Shown: positions 1-12,203, counted from the stretch's first letter. The stretch is DNA of 64,000 bases from an uncultured Alphaproteobacteria bacterium (GCA_963713805.1 CAVQNF010000002.1:1-64000), one strand, 5' to 3'. Notes: generated by a model not told the origin, from the sequence alone. Translations and numbers: made by a program.

Positions 1-25
1 CCGCCGCTCGGCAGACTTCGCGCTG

Positions 26-1836
26 TTAGGGCTGCTTCTGCCACCAATTGTCGATTGTCACTCCGAACAACGGACTGTACTTCGGATGTTCGAGCTTGTC
101 GGAATAGGCGATCCATTGCTCGCGTGTATAGAACAGCGGAACGATATAGAAGCCCGACAACAGGACGCGGTCGTACGCTCTCACGGCATCGACGAATTCC
201 TCGGGGTCTTGGCTGCGACCATGGCCGCAATCATCGCGTCAATCGCGGGTGAGCGCGCGCCGGTGAGATTGTAGGACCCCTCCTGATCGGCGCTCTGCGA
301 ACCCCAGAGGAAGCGCTGCTCATAGCCCGGCGAGGGGCTGGCGATCCAGGCTGCGATCAGCATGTCGAAATCGAATTTCTGGCGGCGGCGCTGGTACTGC
401 ACCTCATCGACGAGGCGGACGGCAACGTCAACGCCGAGGCGACTGAGGCTGTCCGCATAGATCAGCGAAAGCCGTTCCTGCGTGTGGTCCTGTACCAGGA
501 TCTCGAAGGCGAACGGCCGGCCGCTCGCCCGCTCGACGAGCGCGCCGTCCTTGATGGCGTAGCCGGCTTCGCCAAGGAGCGCCAGCGCACGCCGCGCCAT
601 CGTCCGGTCGCGCCCCGAACCGTCGGTAACGGGCGGTTCCCAGCGTCCTTCGAGGATGTCGTCGCGCACCACGCCGGGAAAGGGCGCCAAGAGCGCCCGC
701 TGGCCGATATCCGCTGGGCGGCCGGCGGAGGCGAGCTCAGAATCATCGAAAAAGCTTCTCGATCGGCGATAGAGCCCGCCGTAGAAGTTGGCATTGATCC
801 ACTCGAAGTCGAACATCAGGCCCAGCGCTTCGCGCACTCGAATATCAGCAAATATCGACCGGCGCGTGTTGAAGGCGAAGCCCTCCATGCCCTTCGGTAA
901 GCCATAGGGCAGGCTTTCCTTGATGGTGCGGCCGTCGTGCACGGCAGGAAAATCATAGGAGCTTATCCAGCGCCCGGCGTCCGTTTCCTGGCGAAAATCG
1001 TAGAGTCCCGCCTTGAACGCCTCGAACGACGAATCGGCGTCACGATAATAGTCGATCTCGATTTCGTCGAAATTGAACAATCCGCGTTGGACGGGCAGAT
1101 CCTCCGCCCAATAGTCGGGATTGCGACGCAGGATCAGGCGCTCCCCCGGCTGCACGTCGGCAATGACGTAGGGACCCGTCCCGACCGGCGGCTTGAGCGT
1201 TGGAGCGTCGAAGTGCTCGACATCCGTTTGATGCTTCGGAAGCACGGGCATCATTGCAAGCGTCAGCGGCATTTCGCTGTCGAGCCCGCTAAGATCGAAG
1301 CGAACAGTCATGAGATCGAGCGCTTCCGCCCGTTTAACCCGGTCGAAGGCATCACGCTGCTGCGGCCGACCCTTCTTCTTGAGGAGATCGAAGGTGAACA
1401 GCACGTCCGCTGCGGTCACCGGTACGCCGTCCGAAAACCGCGCCCGCGGGTCGAGATGGAAGGCGACGTAGGAACGGGCGTCGTCGGTCTCGATCGATCG
1501 GGCGATCAGGCCATAGAGCGTGAACGGCTCATCGAGGGAGCGCAGCATCAGCGACTGGAATACATTGCCGATGAGACCCTGCGCTGTCGATCCGGCACTC
1601 AGGTTATAAGGATTGAGGCTGTCGAAGGTCCCCTGGTAGGCGAGCGCCAGGTGGCCTCCTTTCGCGGCCTGCGGGTCGGCGTAGGGAAGGCGCGAAAAAT
1701 CGGCGGGCAGCGCAGGCTGGCCATGCATAGCAATCGCGTAGGTCGTCAACCCCTTGTCCCCGGACGGCCCGCCCGCGCGGGCGGCACCCGCCGCAAGCAG
1801 CAGAAACAAGACTCCTGAAATCGGGGACACAGACAT
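26..1836 (-). pseudogene. ABC transporter substrate-binding protein, family 5 (YejA/OppA-like), with one frameshift near the C-terminus
   Basis: A 583-aa ORF (181..1932) with a signal peptide (MSVSPISGVLFLLLAAGAARA) and family-5 SBP motifs. After the apparent stop at 181 the -1 frame continues as ...PEEFVDAVRAYDRVLLSGFYIVPLFYTREQWIAYSDKLEHPKYSPLFGVTIDNWWQKQP* to a TAA at 26..28. The shift sits in a G4/C4 run at about 203-206. Confidence 0.7.
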
Positions 1837-2317
1837 GCTTGACCCAATCGTGAGGGCAACGGCGCCCTTACCGGACGATCCTCGATGCGTCGGCGCATCG
1901 GTACGCGCCGGGACCGAGGTGACCTTAACCACCCTGCGGAGGAACTCTCAGACCTCGCCGCTTGGAAGCAAGTAGCGCTTGCGGGTTTCCTCAACCAGCC
2001 TTCAGTGCAGCATCATTGACAGCGGCCGCCCTAAAGGCGCCGATGGTTGAGAGACGCTTCCGCGCTCCCGCCTTGCAAGGCAAGAGGAGCGCGTCAAGAT
2101 GCACGGCACCTTTCCAAAAAGAGTCCCTGAGCTCAGGTCTGAATCGGCAGGCGGCGGGATTTGGACCGCTCTCGGAGCACCGCCCCGACCGGTCCTCGTC
2201 GTGGTCTGGGAAAAGCCGCTCTGAGGGTCGAGACCCCGCCTCGTGAGATCGTAGACACGGCGCGGCGGCGGGCGTATTTCTGAGCGGGTCTCTTCGTCGT
2301 GCTGAAGGCCTGCCCGC

Positions 2318-2662
2318 ATGGCCGAGCGTTACGTCAATTACGCCGCAGTCGTCGCCAACATTCTTCGCGGCCCCGTGGACGAGGACGCGGCGGCGGAAGC
2401 CGAAGCCGGCGTCAATACGCTGGCTTTCCTGGAGATCCGCTGCGAGGAATTGGACTGCGATCCGGGCGAGGCGGCGCATTTCGCGGTGCTTGATCTCTCA
2501 GCCGCGGCGTTCGGCGGCGTGCGCGATGTCGAAGAACTGGTCTCGTGGCTGCGCGAGGAGCTGCCAGTCCGGGCCCACGAGCTGGCGAAGGTGGTGACGG
2601 CCAAGGACGAGCTGCCGCCGTGTTCGAGCCTTGGCACGCCCGCACCGGGCATGTGGCACTGA
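2318..2662 (+). CDS. Hypothetical acidic protein
   Basis: A 114-aa ORF with protein-like composition (no Arg/Pro bias), in the intergenic space between the SBP and the P450. No motif recognised. Confidence 0.25.
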   Translation: MAERYVNYAAVVANILRGPVDEDAAAEAEAGVNTLAFLEIRCEELDCDPGEAAHFAVLDLSAAAFGGVRDVEELVSWLREELPVRAHELAKVVTAKDELPPCSSLGTPAPGMWH

Positions 2663-3064
2663 GCTTCGCCGTTTCGCGCCAGGGGCAAACGTGAAACAGC
2701 GGATCAAGACTTCCCTGCTGGCGGTTTTCTTGCGCTCGCGCTGTTCCGCTCCGCGATGGGTGGGCCGCTTGAGGACGTCGAATCTCCTTTTCAGTGCGGC
2801 GACCGCGCAATGGCGTTGAGCTGATTGTTATTCATAAACGCGAGAGCCAAGTCCGGTTTCGGGGGTAAAGCGCACATCACCGTGACGAGCCGCGCTTCCG
2901 TCTTTGACCCCATTTCGGACATTCGGCATCTCGATCTAGCGACCGTAGCTGGCCGAAAGCTGACCGTCTGCTTTGGGCGATTGAAACGCTGAAGCGGACA
3001 TTCGCTTCCACACAGTCACGTGGCAGCTCTCGACCTATTCCGGTCGTTGCGATCGGGGCGCTGC

Positions 3065-4549
3065 ATGACGGGAATTGACCCTAAATCGACATGGTCTTGC
3101 AGGATGGGATTCAGCCACTCTCAACGGCAACGTATCTTCCGGCTTGGGCTCTTACTGGGACGGAATTCACAATTGAGGCGCTCGAACGTGCTGGACACAA
3201 CCAAGGTCTTGCCGCCGACTGTTGCGCCGCCAACGCGCCCTCTCTCCATCCTACAATCCATCCGGGCGGCCCGGCGCAACGTGCTGGAGATCATCCCGGA
3301 GCTGGCTTACCGCCAGCCAATGCTGTCGGGGCGTATGGGTTCGCGCTGGCATATGGTGCAGAATCCGGGCGCGCTTCGCCGCGTCCTCCTCGACAACGTC
3401 GAGAACTATCCAAAATCAGAGGTGATGCTGCGGATGCTGCGCCCGGCCGTTGGTGACAGCCTGTTCACTTCGGAGGGCGACTCGTGGCGCTGGCAACGCA
3501 GAGCGGTCGCGCCAGTGTTCGCACAGCGCAACGTGACGGCACTCGCGCCGGTGATGACGGCTACAGCCGAGCGAGCGGCAGAGCGGCTCATGCGTGGCAG
3601 CGAGCATCCTGAATTGGTCGGAGAGATGCTGTCAGCCACCTTTGACGTCATCTGCGAGGTGGCCTTGTCTGGCCGCGAGCACTTCGACGCCGACGCCTAT
3701 AGCCATGCCATCCTCAGGTATTTCGAGACCGCTGGGAAGGCGTCCCTGCTTGACTTTCTTCGGGTGCCGAACTGGATCCCTCGGCCCGGGGTGCTGCTCG
3801 GTCTCGGCGCGGTTCGAACCATGCACAGCATGGTCGCCCGAGCCATAGAAGCACGGCGACAGCAGGCAACTGGCGGCGCCGACGACCTCCTTGACCATAT
3901 GCTGAAGGCTCAGGACTCGGAGACGGGTAGGCGCATGTCACCGACGGATCTTCTGCACAACATGCAGTTCTTCATCGTGGCCGGCCACGAAACGACGGCG
4001 CTGGCGCTGTCTTGGTCGCTGCTCCTTTTGGCTCTGCATCCAGAGGCGCAGGAGCGGGCGCAGGCAGAAGCTCGCGCGGCCCTTGGCGATTCTCCAGCAG
4101 GCGCCAGTCACATGGAAGCGACGCCCTACGTGAAGCAGGTGATCGAAGAGGCCATGCGTCTTTACCCGCCGGTCGGCATGCTGGCGCGCAATGTCCGAAG
4201 AGCCGACACCCTCGGCGGCCGGGATATCCGGCCGAACGACGTGCTGTTCCTGCCAATCTACGCACTCCATCGGCATCAGATGTGGTGGGAACGCCCAAAC
4301 GAGTTTGACCCGGACCGGTTTTCACCGGAGGCCGTGCGCGCTCGCGATCGCTATCTTTATCTTCCATTCGGCGCGGGACCGCGCGTTTGCGTCGGCGCGA
4401 ACTTTGCGATGATGCAGGCACACATCATCCTGGCCACTCTTCTCGCGCGCTTCCGCTTCGAGTTGGGGCCCAATTCCTTGCCGATGCCGACCATGTCCAT
4501 GACTGTCCGCCCCGACACTGGCGTGCGGCTAGCAGTGAAGCGGATCTGA
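3065..4549 (+). CDS. Cytochrome P450
   Basis: Heme-binding loop FGAGPRVCVGANFA and I-helix AGHETTA. Uninterrupted ORF. The start is uncertain (GTG 3020, ATG 3065 or 3104). Confidence 0.85.
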   Translation: MTGIDPKSTWSCRMGFSHSQRQRIFRLGLLLGRNSQLRRSNVLDTTKVLPPTVAPPTRPLSILQSIRAARRNVLEIIPELAYRQPMLSGRMGSRWHMVQNPGALRRVLLDNVENYPKSEVMLRMLRPAVGDSLFTSEGDSWRWQRRAVAPVFAQRNVTALAPVMTATAERAAERLMRGSEHPELVGEMLSATFDVICEVALSGREHFDADAYSHAILRYFETAGKASLLDFLRVPNWIPRPGVLLGLGAVRTMHSMVARAIEARRQQATGGADDLLDHMLKAQDSETGRRMSPTDLLHNMQFFIVAGHETTALALSWSLLLLALHPEAQERAQAEARAALGDSPAGASHMEATPYVKQVIEEAMRLYPPVGMLARNVRRADTLGGRDIRPNDVLFLPIYALHRHQMWWERPNEFDPDRFSPEAVRARDRYLYLPFGAGPRVCVGANFAMMQAHIILATLLARFRFELGPNSLPMPTMSMTVRPDTGVRLAVKRI

Positions 4550-4617
4550 CGCGAAGGAACCCGCTCCCGCCAGACAGGCGATCGCGCCTCAATCTCGACC
4601 GTCCTCGACCAAGTAGG

Positions 4618-4781
4618 TAACCCTATGGTGAGCTGGGATAGTCGGACGATCGGAACGGTCCACCGCGAAAATCCCGTGGGCGGCGGCTTCTCCAGAAGCC
4701 CCAGAATGCGCTTGTTCGTGACCTGCCGTAGATCAGCTTCTTGCCAACCCGTGGACGTTCTTTAAGCCCACGCGTTGCGTC
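4618..4781 (-). pseudogene. IS630-family transposase N-terminal remnant
   Basis: The minus-strand translation ...KRILGLLEKPPPTGFSRWTVPIVRLS... resembles the N-terminal HTH region of rhizobial IS630-family transposases (..AAILGLLEKRPDIT..). It is short and bounded by a stop. Confidence 0.3.
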
Positions 4782-4940
4782 ATCGAGGCTCCGTCCCAGA
4801 CCGGATTCAACGACGAGTGAGACCCGGTTCGCCCTAGTGCCGGGTGCCAGATCTCGAGGAGTGGTGCTTTGACGCTCAGACGAATAAGCGGCCCGAAGGC
4901 CGCCGCTTGATCGAGCACGAAGCTCCGCGGCGGGCGGATG

Positions 4941-5180
4941 TCAGCTGACACCGAGCTTATGTTCCTGCGCGGCCCAAGCGTGCGGGAGCGCACGGGCAAG
5001 CATGGTCACCGTGAGATCGGCAGGTGCATTCCCATTCGCGATGGCTTCGACAATGCGCGGTGAAACGAACGCGAGCGCAGCGAGATGCCGGATGTGGCGC
5101 TCAACCTTGTTCTCGCTTTGGGCGATCTCCTCGAATGAGTTGACCCGGCCTTCGCGATCCTTGGCTTCGTCTGCACGGCC
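4941..5180 (-). pseudogene. Serine recombinase-family C-terminal remnant
   Basis: An 80-codon stop-to-stop minus-strand frame: DREGRVNSFEEIAQSENKVERHIRHLAALAFVSPRIVEAIANGNAPADLTVTMLARALPHAWAAQEHKLGVS*. This matches the conserved tail (LAFLAPDIVEAILDG..P..LT...L....P..W.EQ...LG) of alphaproteobacterial recombinase-family proteins. No intact upstream body is present. Confidence 0.35.
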
Positions 5181-5556
5181 TCAAACAATGATCTGTGACG
5201 CAGGCGAGAATTGCGTAACAGCGGCTTTCCGGCTGAGTTTGGGCGGCCAGTCTCTGTCGCACACTTTCCAATGTCCGGGCAGCGATGCTGGTCAGAAAGA
5301 TCGGGGGCGGCGGCAAGCTGCGCTGACGGTTGGTTTACACAAAGCAGGGGCAGTGCTAGGTCTTGCCGTGCCCATGGCGAGGGCGCCGGTCGGCTCATTG
5401 CGGGCTAATTTATTGCGGTGAGGCCGCGGCAGAGGGCTATCTTGAACTCGGCATTGCCGTAGAGCTGCGACTCGCCCGACCCGGCAAGCGGCGCGGGCTG
5501 GGAGTGCATATGAGCTTGGTCGCCCCGGTCGAGACTGCTGCTCCGCGACCGCTCCA

Positions 5557-6339
<783 letters not shown>

Positions 6340-6482
6340 TCGCGCGGCCCGCGCCGCGGGCCGCAATGAGGACGGAAGTTCCGGCCGTCGCGTGCCCCGA
6401 CGGCCGGCAGGAGCTGCGCTTCGAGGGCACGACAATGCCCGCTTCGAATGCCGGGCACATCTCGCCGACAGGAGGCACATCC

Positions 6483-7394
6483 ATGACCGATGACACCAAC
6501 CCGATCCGGCGCGTTAAAGGGCGTTTGTCACGACGCAACGTTCTGAAATCGGCCAGCGCGGCGGCGCTGGTCGGCGTGGCCGCACCCCATGTGGCGCGCG
6601 CCGCGGCGATGCCCGAGCTCGACAGCTCGTTCAAGGATTTCAGTCTGCCGAAGTCAAGCTGCGACGATTCGCTAGTCAAGATTCAGCAAAAGGGCGAGAT
6701 CGTCGTCGGCACCTCGGGTGACTGGCCCTATTCCTTCTTCCCGGCCAACACCACCGAATGGACGGGACTCGACGCCGACATCATCAGATATGTCGCGAAG
6801 ATGCTGAAGATCCCGAAGATCACGGTGCAGACGACGCCATTCTCGGGGCTCATTCCCGGCCTGCTCGACGGCCGCTTCGACATTGTCGGCGATTCGATCC
6901 ACTGGACGCTCGGACGCGCCAAGGTCGCCGATTTCTGCTTTCCAACCTACTATTACTCCGAGTGGCTGGCGGTGAAGAAGGGCAATCCCCTCAACATCCA
7001 TACCTTCGCCGACTTCAAGGGCCATACGATCTGCACCGAGCTCGGCACCAACTATGCCGAGTGGCTGGGCAAGATCGAGGGCATGAACTTCGTCACCGCC
7101 AAGGACTGGGAGGAGACCATCCAGGACTTGGTGATCGGGCGCGTCGACGGGATCGTCTACGACCAGCCGGTGCTCGCTGCCTCCTTCAAGGACCATCCGG
7201 AATGGCCGGTGGAGCTCGCATCCGGCTACGAGCCGCGCACCACCAAGAACCCGGTCGGCTACAGCCGCTACGCGCTGCGCCAGGGCGACGTGCAGCTCAA
7301 CGAGGGGATCTCGGCCGCGATCCAATGGATGCAGGATCAGCAGGAGATGTCGAAGATCCTGACCAAGTGGAACCTCACGGGCTATAACAACTAG
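6483..7394 (+). CDS. Amino-acid ABC transporter periplasmic substrate-binding protein (family 3), Tat signal
   Basis: Twin-arginine leader SRRNVLKSASAAALVGVAAPHVARAA with an AGGAGG RBS upstream of ATG 6483. The sequence is SBP_bac_3-like. Confidence 0.8.
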   Translation: MTDDTNPIRRVKGRLSRRNVLKSASAAALVGVAAPHVARAAAMPELDSSFKDFSLPKSSCDDSLVKIQQKGEIVVGTSGDWPYSFFPANTTEWTGLDADIIRYVAKMLKIPKITVQTTPFSGLIPGLLDGRFDIVGDSIHWTLGRAKVADFCFPTYYYSEWLAVKKGNPLNIHTFADFKGHTICTELGTNYAEWLGKIEGMNFVTAKDWEETIQDLVIGRVDGIVYDQPVLAASFKDHPEWPVELASGYEPRTTKNPVGYSRYALRQGDVQLNEGISAAIQWMQDQQEMSKILTKWNLTGYNN

Positions 7395-7494
7395 CTCAGC
7401 TCGGGATCCGGGCGTGGCAGGGCGGTGCTTCGCCCTGCCACGTTGCGCTTGGCGGCGTCCAGATTGCCGAGACCGCAACCATGGAAGGCGCAGC

Positions 7495-8181
7495 CGCATG
7501 TTTTCAATCGACGAGATGATCTCGTTTCTGCCGCCATTGCTGGGCGGCGCCTATCTCACCATCAGCGTCTCGCTCCTCTCCTTTGCGCTCGCCGCCATCA
7601 TCGGCCTCATGATGGGCATCGCGCGCATCTCTCGCTCGCTGCTGCTGCGCGCCATCGCCACGCCCTATGTCCAGTTCATCCGCGGCACGCCGCTGCTGCT
7701 CCAGCTCTTCTTCATCTATTACGTGTTGCCCTATAGCGGGATCGTGCTCTCGCCCTTCGTCTCGGGCGTCATGGGTCTGACGCTCAACTACAGCGCCTAT
7801 ATGGCCGAGGTGTTCCGCGGCGGCATCGTTGCCATTCCCAAGGGGCAGTGGGAGGCCGGGCTGTCGGTCGGCATGTCGCGCAAGCTCCTGATGCGGCGGA
7901 TCATTCTGCCGCAGGCACTGCGCATCGTCGTGCCCGCCATCGGCAATTTCTTCGTCTCGATCTTCAAGGATTCGGCGCTGGTGTCGGTGATCACCATGCG
8001 CGACCTCATGTTCAGCGGCCAGATCCTCGCCGCCGCCACCTTCAAGCATTTCGAGATCTTCGCGATGGTGGCCGCGATCTACTTCCTGATCAGTTACCCC
8101 TCGGCGAAGCTCGTCGAATATATCGAAGCTCGCCTCGACATCTCCCGCGCCCAAGCCGCGGCGGCACCTGCGCATACCTGA
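7495..8181 (+). CDS. Amino-acid ABC transporter permease (HisM/GlnP family)
   Basis: Multi-TM protein with the EAA-like region (RKLLMRRIILPQALRIVVPAIGN). GGAAGG RBS before ATG 7495. Confidence 0.8.
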   Translation, partial: RMFSIDEMISFLPPLLGGAYLTISVSLLSFALAAIIGLMMGIARISRSLLLRAIATPYVQFIRGTPLLLQLFFIYYVLPYSGIVLSPFVSGVMGLTLNYSAYMAEVFRGGIVAIPKGQWEAGLSVGMSRKLLMRRIILPQALRIVVPAIGNFFVSIFKDSALVSVITMRDLMFSGQILAAATFKHFEIFAMVAAIYFLISYPSAKLVEYIEARLDISRAQAAAAPAHT

Positions 8182-8273
8182 GCGACGTGCCGCGGGCAGC
8201 CTGCCAAAGTCACTCAACCGTCATGCGACTCACCTAACGCCGATCGAACGCAAACGAGGATGCGGGAGGTCCG

Positions 8274-9542
8274 GTGACGCAATCGGCAAGGGCTCTTCGA
8301 CGCGCAACTGCCGTCAACCTGAACAGTGCGGTTCACCGCAGCGGGGCGTTTTCGCGCGCCGGTCTTTTGGAACGCCTCTTCACCTTCGCGTTCCGCGGTC
8401 TCGTCTATCCTCAGATCTGGGAGGACCCGGTCGTCGACATGGCGGCGCTCGACATGCGCCCCGACGATCATCTGGTCGCGATCGCGTCGGGTAGCTGCAA
8501 CATCCTGTCGTATCTCACGGCGAACCCTGCCCGCATCAGCGCCGTCGACCTCAACGGCGCGCATGTCGCGCTCGGTCGATTGAAGCTCGCGGCGTTGCGC
8601 CATCTGCCCGATTACGAGTCGTTTTTGCGCTTCTTCGGCACCGCCCGATCGCGCGACAATGTGGCCGCCTATGATACCCGCATCAAGCCGCATCTCGATT
8701 CCGTCTCGCGCGCCTATTGGGAAGCGCGCGCGGCTGAATGGCCGGCGGCGCATCACGGCCTTCACGGATAATTTCTACCGCCATGGTCTTTTGGGAAATT
8801 TCATCGGCGCGGGGCATCTCCTGGCGCGCCTCTACGGTTGCGACCCCGGGCGCGGTGCTCGAAGCCGACGGGCTGGCGCAGCAACGCATCCTCTACGAAC
8901 GGCACATGGCGCCGATCTTCGACAAGGCCTTCCTGCGCTGGCTGATCCGGCAGCCCGCCTCGCTCTACGGGCTCGGCATCCCGCCCTCGCAATATCGCAG
9001 CCTGTCGCGGGACCTTCCCGACGGCATCGCGGCCGTGCTTGCGCCAACGGCTCGAGAGGCTCGCCTGCGGCTTCGACATCAAGACCAATTACTTCGCCTG
9101 GCAAGCCTTCGGGCGCCGCTATGCGACGACCGGCGACGCAGCGCTGCCGCCCTATCTGCAGCGGCAGCATTTCGACACCCTGCGCGCGCGCGCCGAGCGC
9201 GTGCGTCTCCAACAGGCTTCGCTGACCGAGATTTCTCGCGCAAAGCCCGGCCGAGAGCGTCGACTGCTATGTCCTCCTCGACGCGCAGGACTGGATGAAC
9301 GACGAGGACCTCACCGCGCTTTGGACCGAGATCACGCGCACCGCCCGCCCGGGCGCCCGCGTGATCTTCCGAACCGCGGCCGACGAGAGGCTGCTGCCGG
9401 GACGGCTGCCGGCCGCATCTCCTCGCGGCTTGGAGCTATGACCACGCGCGTTCGCGCGAGCTCGGGCGAACGCGATCGCTCCTCGATCTACGGCGCCTTC
9501 CATCTCTACCGGCTGGGGAAGGTTACGGTGACAGTGCCTTAA
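8274..9542 (+). pseudogene. btaA: Betaine-lipid synthase BtaA (DUF3419), multiply frameshifted
   Basis: BtaA-like segments are spread over at least 4 frames: LERLFTFAFRGLVYPQIWEDP...IASGSCNILSYL...AVDLN; RITAFTDNFYRHGLLGNFIGAGHLLARLYGCDP; ILYERHMAPIFDKAFLRWL..SLYGLGIPPSQY; RLACGFDIKTNYFAWQAFGRRY; VLLDAQDWMNDEDLTALWTEITRTARPGARVIFRTAA; DRSSIYGAFHLYRLG. Confidence 0.7.
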
Positions 9543-9626
9543 TTCCGTGTCACCCATAGGCGAAGGAAGTGCCTGGAATTAAGTGCACTGTCACCGAAAT
9601 TGCGGACGGGCGAATCCGGCGCCTTG

Positions 9627-10257
9627 ATGGATCGCATCTATCGTCACCAGCGCCATATCTATGATGCGAGCCGCAAGTTCTACCTGCTCGGCCGTGACAG
9701 CTTGATCGCCGGCTCTCGAGCCGCCCGAAGGCGCGAGCGTGCTCGAGATCGGCTGCGGCACCGGGCGCAACCTCATCAAGCTCGCGAGATTCTATCCCGG
9801 CGCTCTCTGCCATGGGCTGGATATATCCGCCGCGATGCTCGACACGGCGCGCCAGGCAACGATGCGCGCCGGCCTTTGCGACCGCATCTTGCTCGCGCAA
9901 GCCGATGCGGCATGTTTCGATCCCGATGGCGCTCTTCGGGCGCGCGAGCTTCGATCGCATCGTCATATCCTACGCGCTCTCGATGATCCCGCCCTGGCGC
10001 GAGGCGCTGGCGGGCGCGGTCGCCCGCCTCTCGCCCGGCGGTTCGCTCCACATCGTCGATTTCGGCGATCAGGCAGGCTTGCCGGCCCCGTTCCGCTTCG
10101 CGCTCGTCGCTGGCTCGCGCTCTTCCACGTGACGCCGCGCCGGACGCTTGCGGCCGAGCTCGCCGAGCTCGCGCGATCGAAGGGCCTCGGCTGGCGCTCG
10201 GTGAGCCGGTTTCGCGGTTATGCGCTTTATGCGGTGGTCGAGCGGCCAGTGGCGTAA
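9627..10257 (+). pseudogene. btaB: SAM-dependent N-methyltransferase BtaB, 3 frameshifts
   Basis: MDRIYRHQRHIYDASRKFYLLGRDSLIAG, then (shift) SVLEIGCGTGRNLIKLARFYPG...ACFDPDGAL, then (shift) FGRASFDRIVISYALSMIPPWREALAGAVARLSPGGSLHIVDFGDQAG, then (shift) WLALFHVTPRR...VERPVA*. Confidence 0.7.
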
Positions 10258-12203
10258 CCCGAGACCGGCGTCGCCTCGCGGTTCCTACCTTCGGTCTCAT
10301 CGAAACGCAGCAAGCGTCCCGCATTGGCGAGCACCGCGAAGGTGCCGAGATTATGCAGCACCGCGGCGACGAGCGCCCCGTTCGGCCCGAGCGCCCCGCT
10401 GGCCGCGGCGACGATCACGGAAAGCGTCCAGCCGAGGCCGAGCGCGACATTGACGGCGAGCGTCGAGCGGCAGCGCCGGCTGAGCCGGATGCAGGTCGGC
10501 ACCCGCCGCAGGTCGTCGGTGACGAGCACGATGTCCGCCGAGGCCGCCGCGATGTCGGTGCCCTGGGCGCCGAGCGCCATGCCCACCGCGCCGGCCTTGA
10601 GCGCGAGCGAATCGTTGATGCCGTCCCCGATCACCAGCGGACGGTTGCCCGCGCGAGATCTCGGCGAGAACGCGCGCCAGCTTGTCCTCGGGAAGCGCCT
10701 GCGCCTGGACATCGCCGATGCCGATGAGCGCGGCGACGCGATGCGCCACCGGCTCGCGATCGCCGGTGAGCAGGAGCTGGCGCGTCGACGCCGAGCGCGG
10801 CGAGCTCGGCGCAACGCCGAGGCCGCTTCAGGTCGCGGCTCGTCGGCGAGCAGGATCCAGCCGAGAAAGCGGCCTCCGAGCGCCACGCCGACCACCGGCC
10901 CGTCATGGGCGGGCGGCGCGGGAAAGGCGATGCCGAGCTCCGTCAAAAGTTGCGCCCGGCCGAGCGCCGCCTGGCGCCCATCGTCGAGCCCCGTCACGCC
11001 GAGACCATGCCGCTCGCGAAGCTCGCCGATGGGGCGGCGTCGGTCCGGCGAGACGGCGCCGGCAAGCGCGCGGCTCACCGGATGGGTGCTCGCCGCGCCG
11101 AGGCTGGCGGCGACCGTCATAAGCTCATCCGGCGAGGCTCCCGGCGCGGGCTCGCTCGCCACGACATGGAGACGGCCGAGCGTCAACGTGCCCGTCTTGT
11201 CGAAGATCGCCGAGGTGACGTCGGCAAGCTGCTCGAGAAAGCCCACGCCTTTGATGAGGATGCCGTGGCGCGCCGCCACCGCCACCGCCGCGACGGCGGT
11301 CGCGGGCGCGGCGAGCACGAGGGCGCAAGGGCAGGAGGCGACGAGCACGGCGAGCATCGCGTCGGTGTTGCCGGTCGCGAACCAGGTACCCGCCGAAAGG
11401 AGAAGCACGAACACGATGTAGCGGCCCGCGTAACGCTCGAGGAGGCGCGTCACCGGGGGCTTCGAGCGTTCGGCGGTCTGCATGAGCGCCACCACGCGCC
11501 CGAGCGTCGTGTCTTCGCCGGTACGCGTCACTTCGACGACGAGGCGGCCTTGCAAGTTGATGCTTCCGGCGAAGACGTTGCCGCCGGCTTCGACTTCGAC
11601 CGGCACTGATTCTCCCGTGATCGAGGCGAGATCGACGGAGGAATTCCCCTCCCGAACGATGCCGTCGGTCGGCACGCGATCGCCCGCCCATAGCTCGACG
11701 CGGTCGCCCGGGCGCAGATCCTCGGCGCCGACCTCCTCGAGCGCACCGTCCCTGGCGCGCCGGCGCGCCCCCACATGGGTCAACCGGTTCAGCGAGCGGA
11801 TCGCTTCTTGCGAACCGATGAGGCTTCTTTCCTCGAGCACATGGCCGATGATCATCACGATCGGCAGGATCGCCGCCGTCATCAGCTCTCCCGTGGCCCA
11901 GGCTGCCGCGAGCGCCATGGCGATCAGCTGATCCGTCACGCCATGCAGGCTCGGATGGCGCAGGCTGTGCCAGGCGGCGCTCAGGACCGGGACGGCCACG
12001 AGCGCCGCCGCGAGCCCCGCGACCAGGTTGGCGAGCGCGCTCTCGTCGGGGAACATTGCCTCCCAAAAAAGGGCGACGAGAAGAAGTCCACCCGCCAAAA
12101 GAGCGAGCGCGAGGCGCATCCCGAGCGACCATCGCTCGGCCCGGCTGAGAATGCTCTCCGCCGCGACGCTTTCCGGCATCGGCGCGAGGGTGGAGACGCT
12201 CAT
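10227..12203 (-). pseudogene. P1B-type (heavy-metal) P-type ATPase with no N-terminal HMA domain; at least 3 clustered frameshifts around 10.63-10.80 kb
   Basis: TGES, CPC and DKTGTLT motifs lie in the main frame. In the P-domain the main frame becomes R/S-rich junk, while the homologous sequence (AELAALGVD / QLLLTGDREPVAHRVAALIGIGDVQAQALPEDKLARVLAEISRGQ) sits in two other frames before returning to the main frame at RPLVIGDGINDSLALKAG. Confidence 0.7.

Noticed and set aside
937-1818. 293-aa plus-strand ORF antisense to the substrate-binding protein gene
   Set aside because: Arg/Gly-rich composition typical of spurious antisense ORFs in 65% GC DNA. The opposite strand has clear homology.
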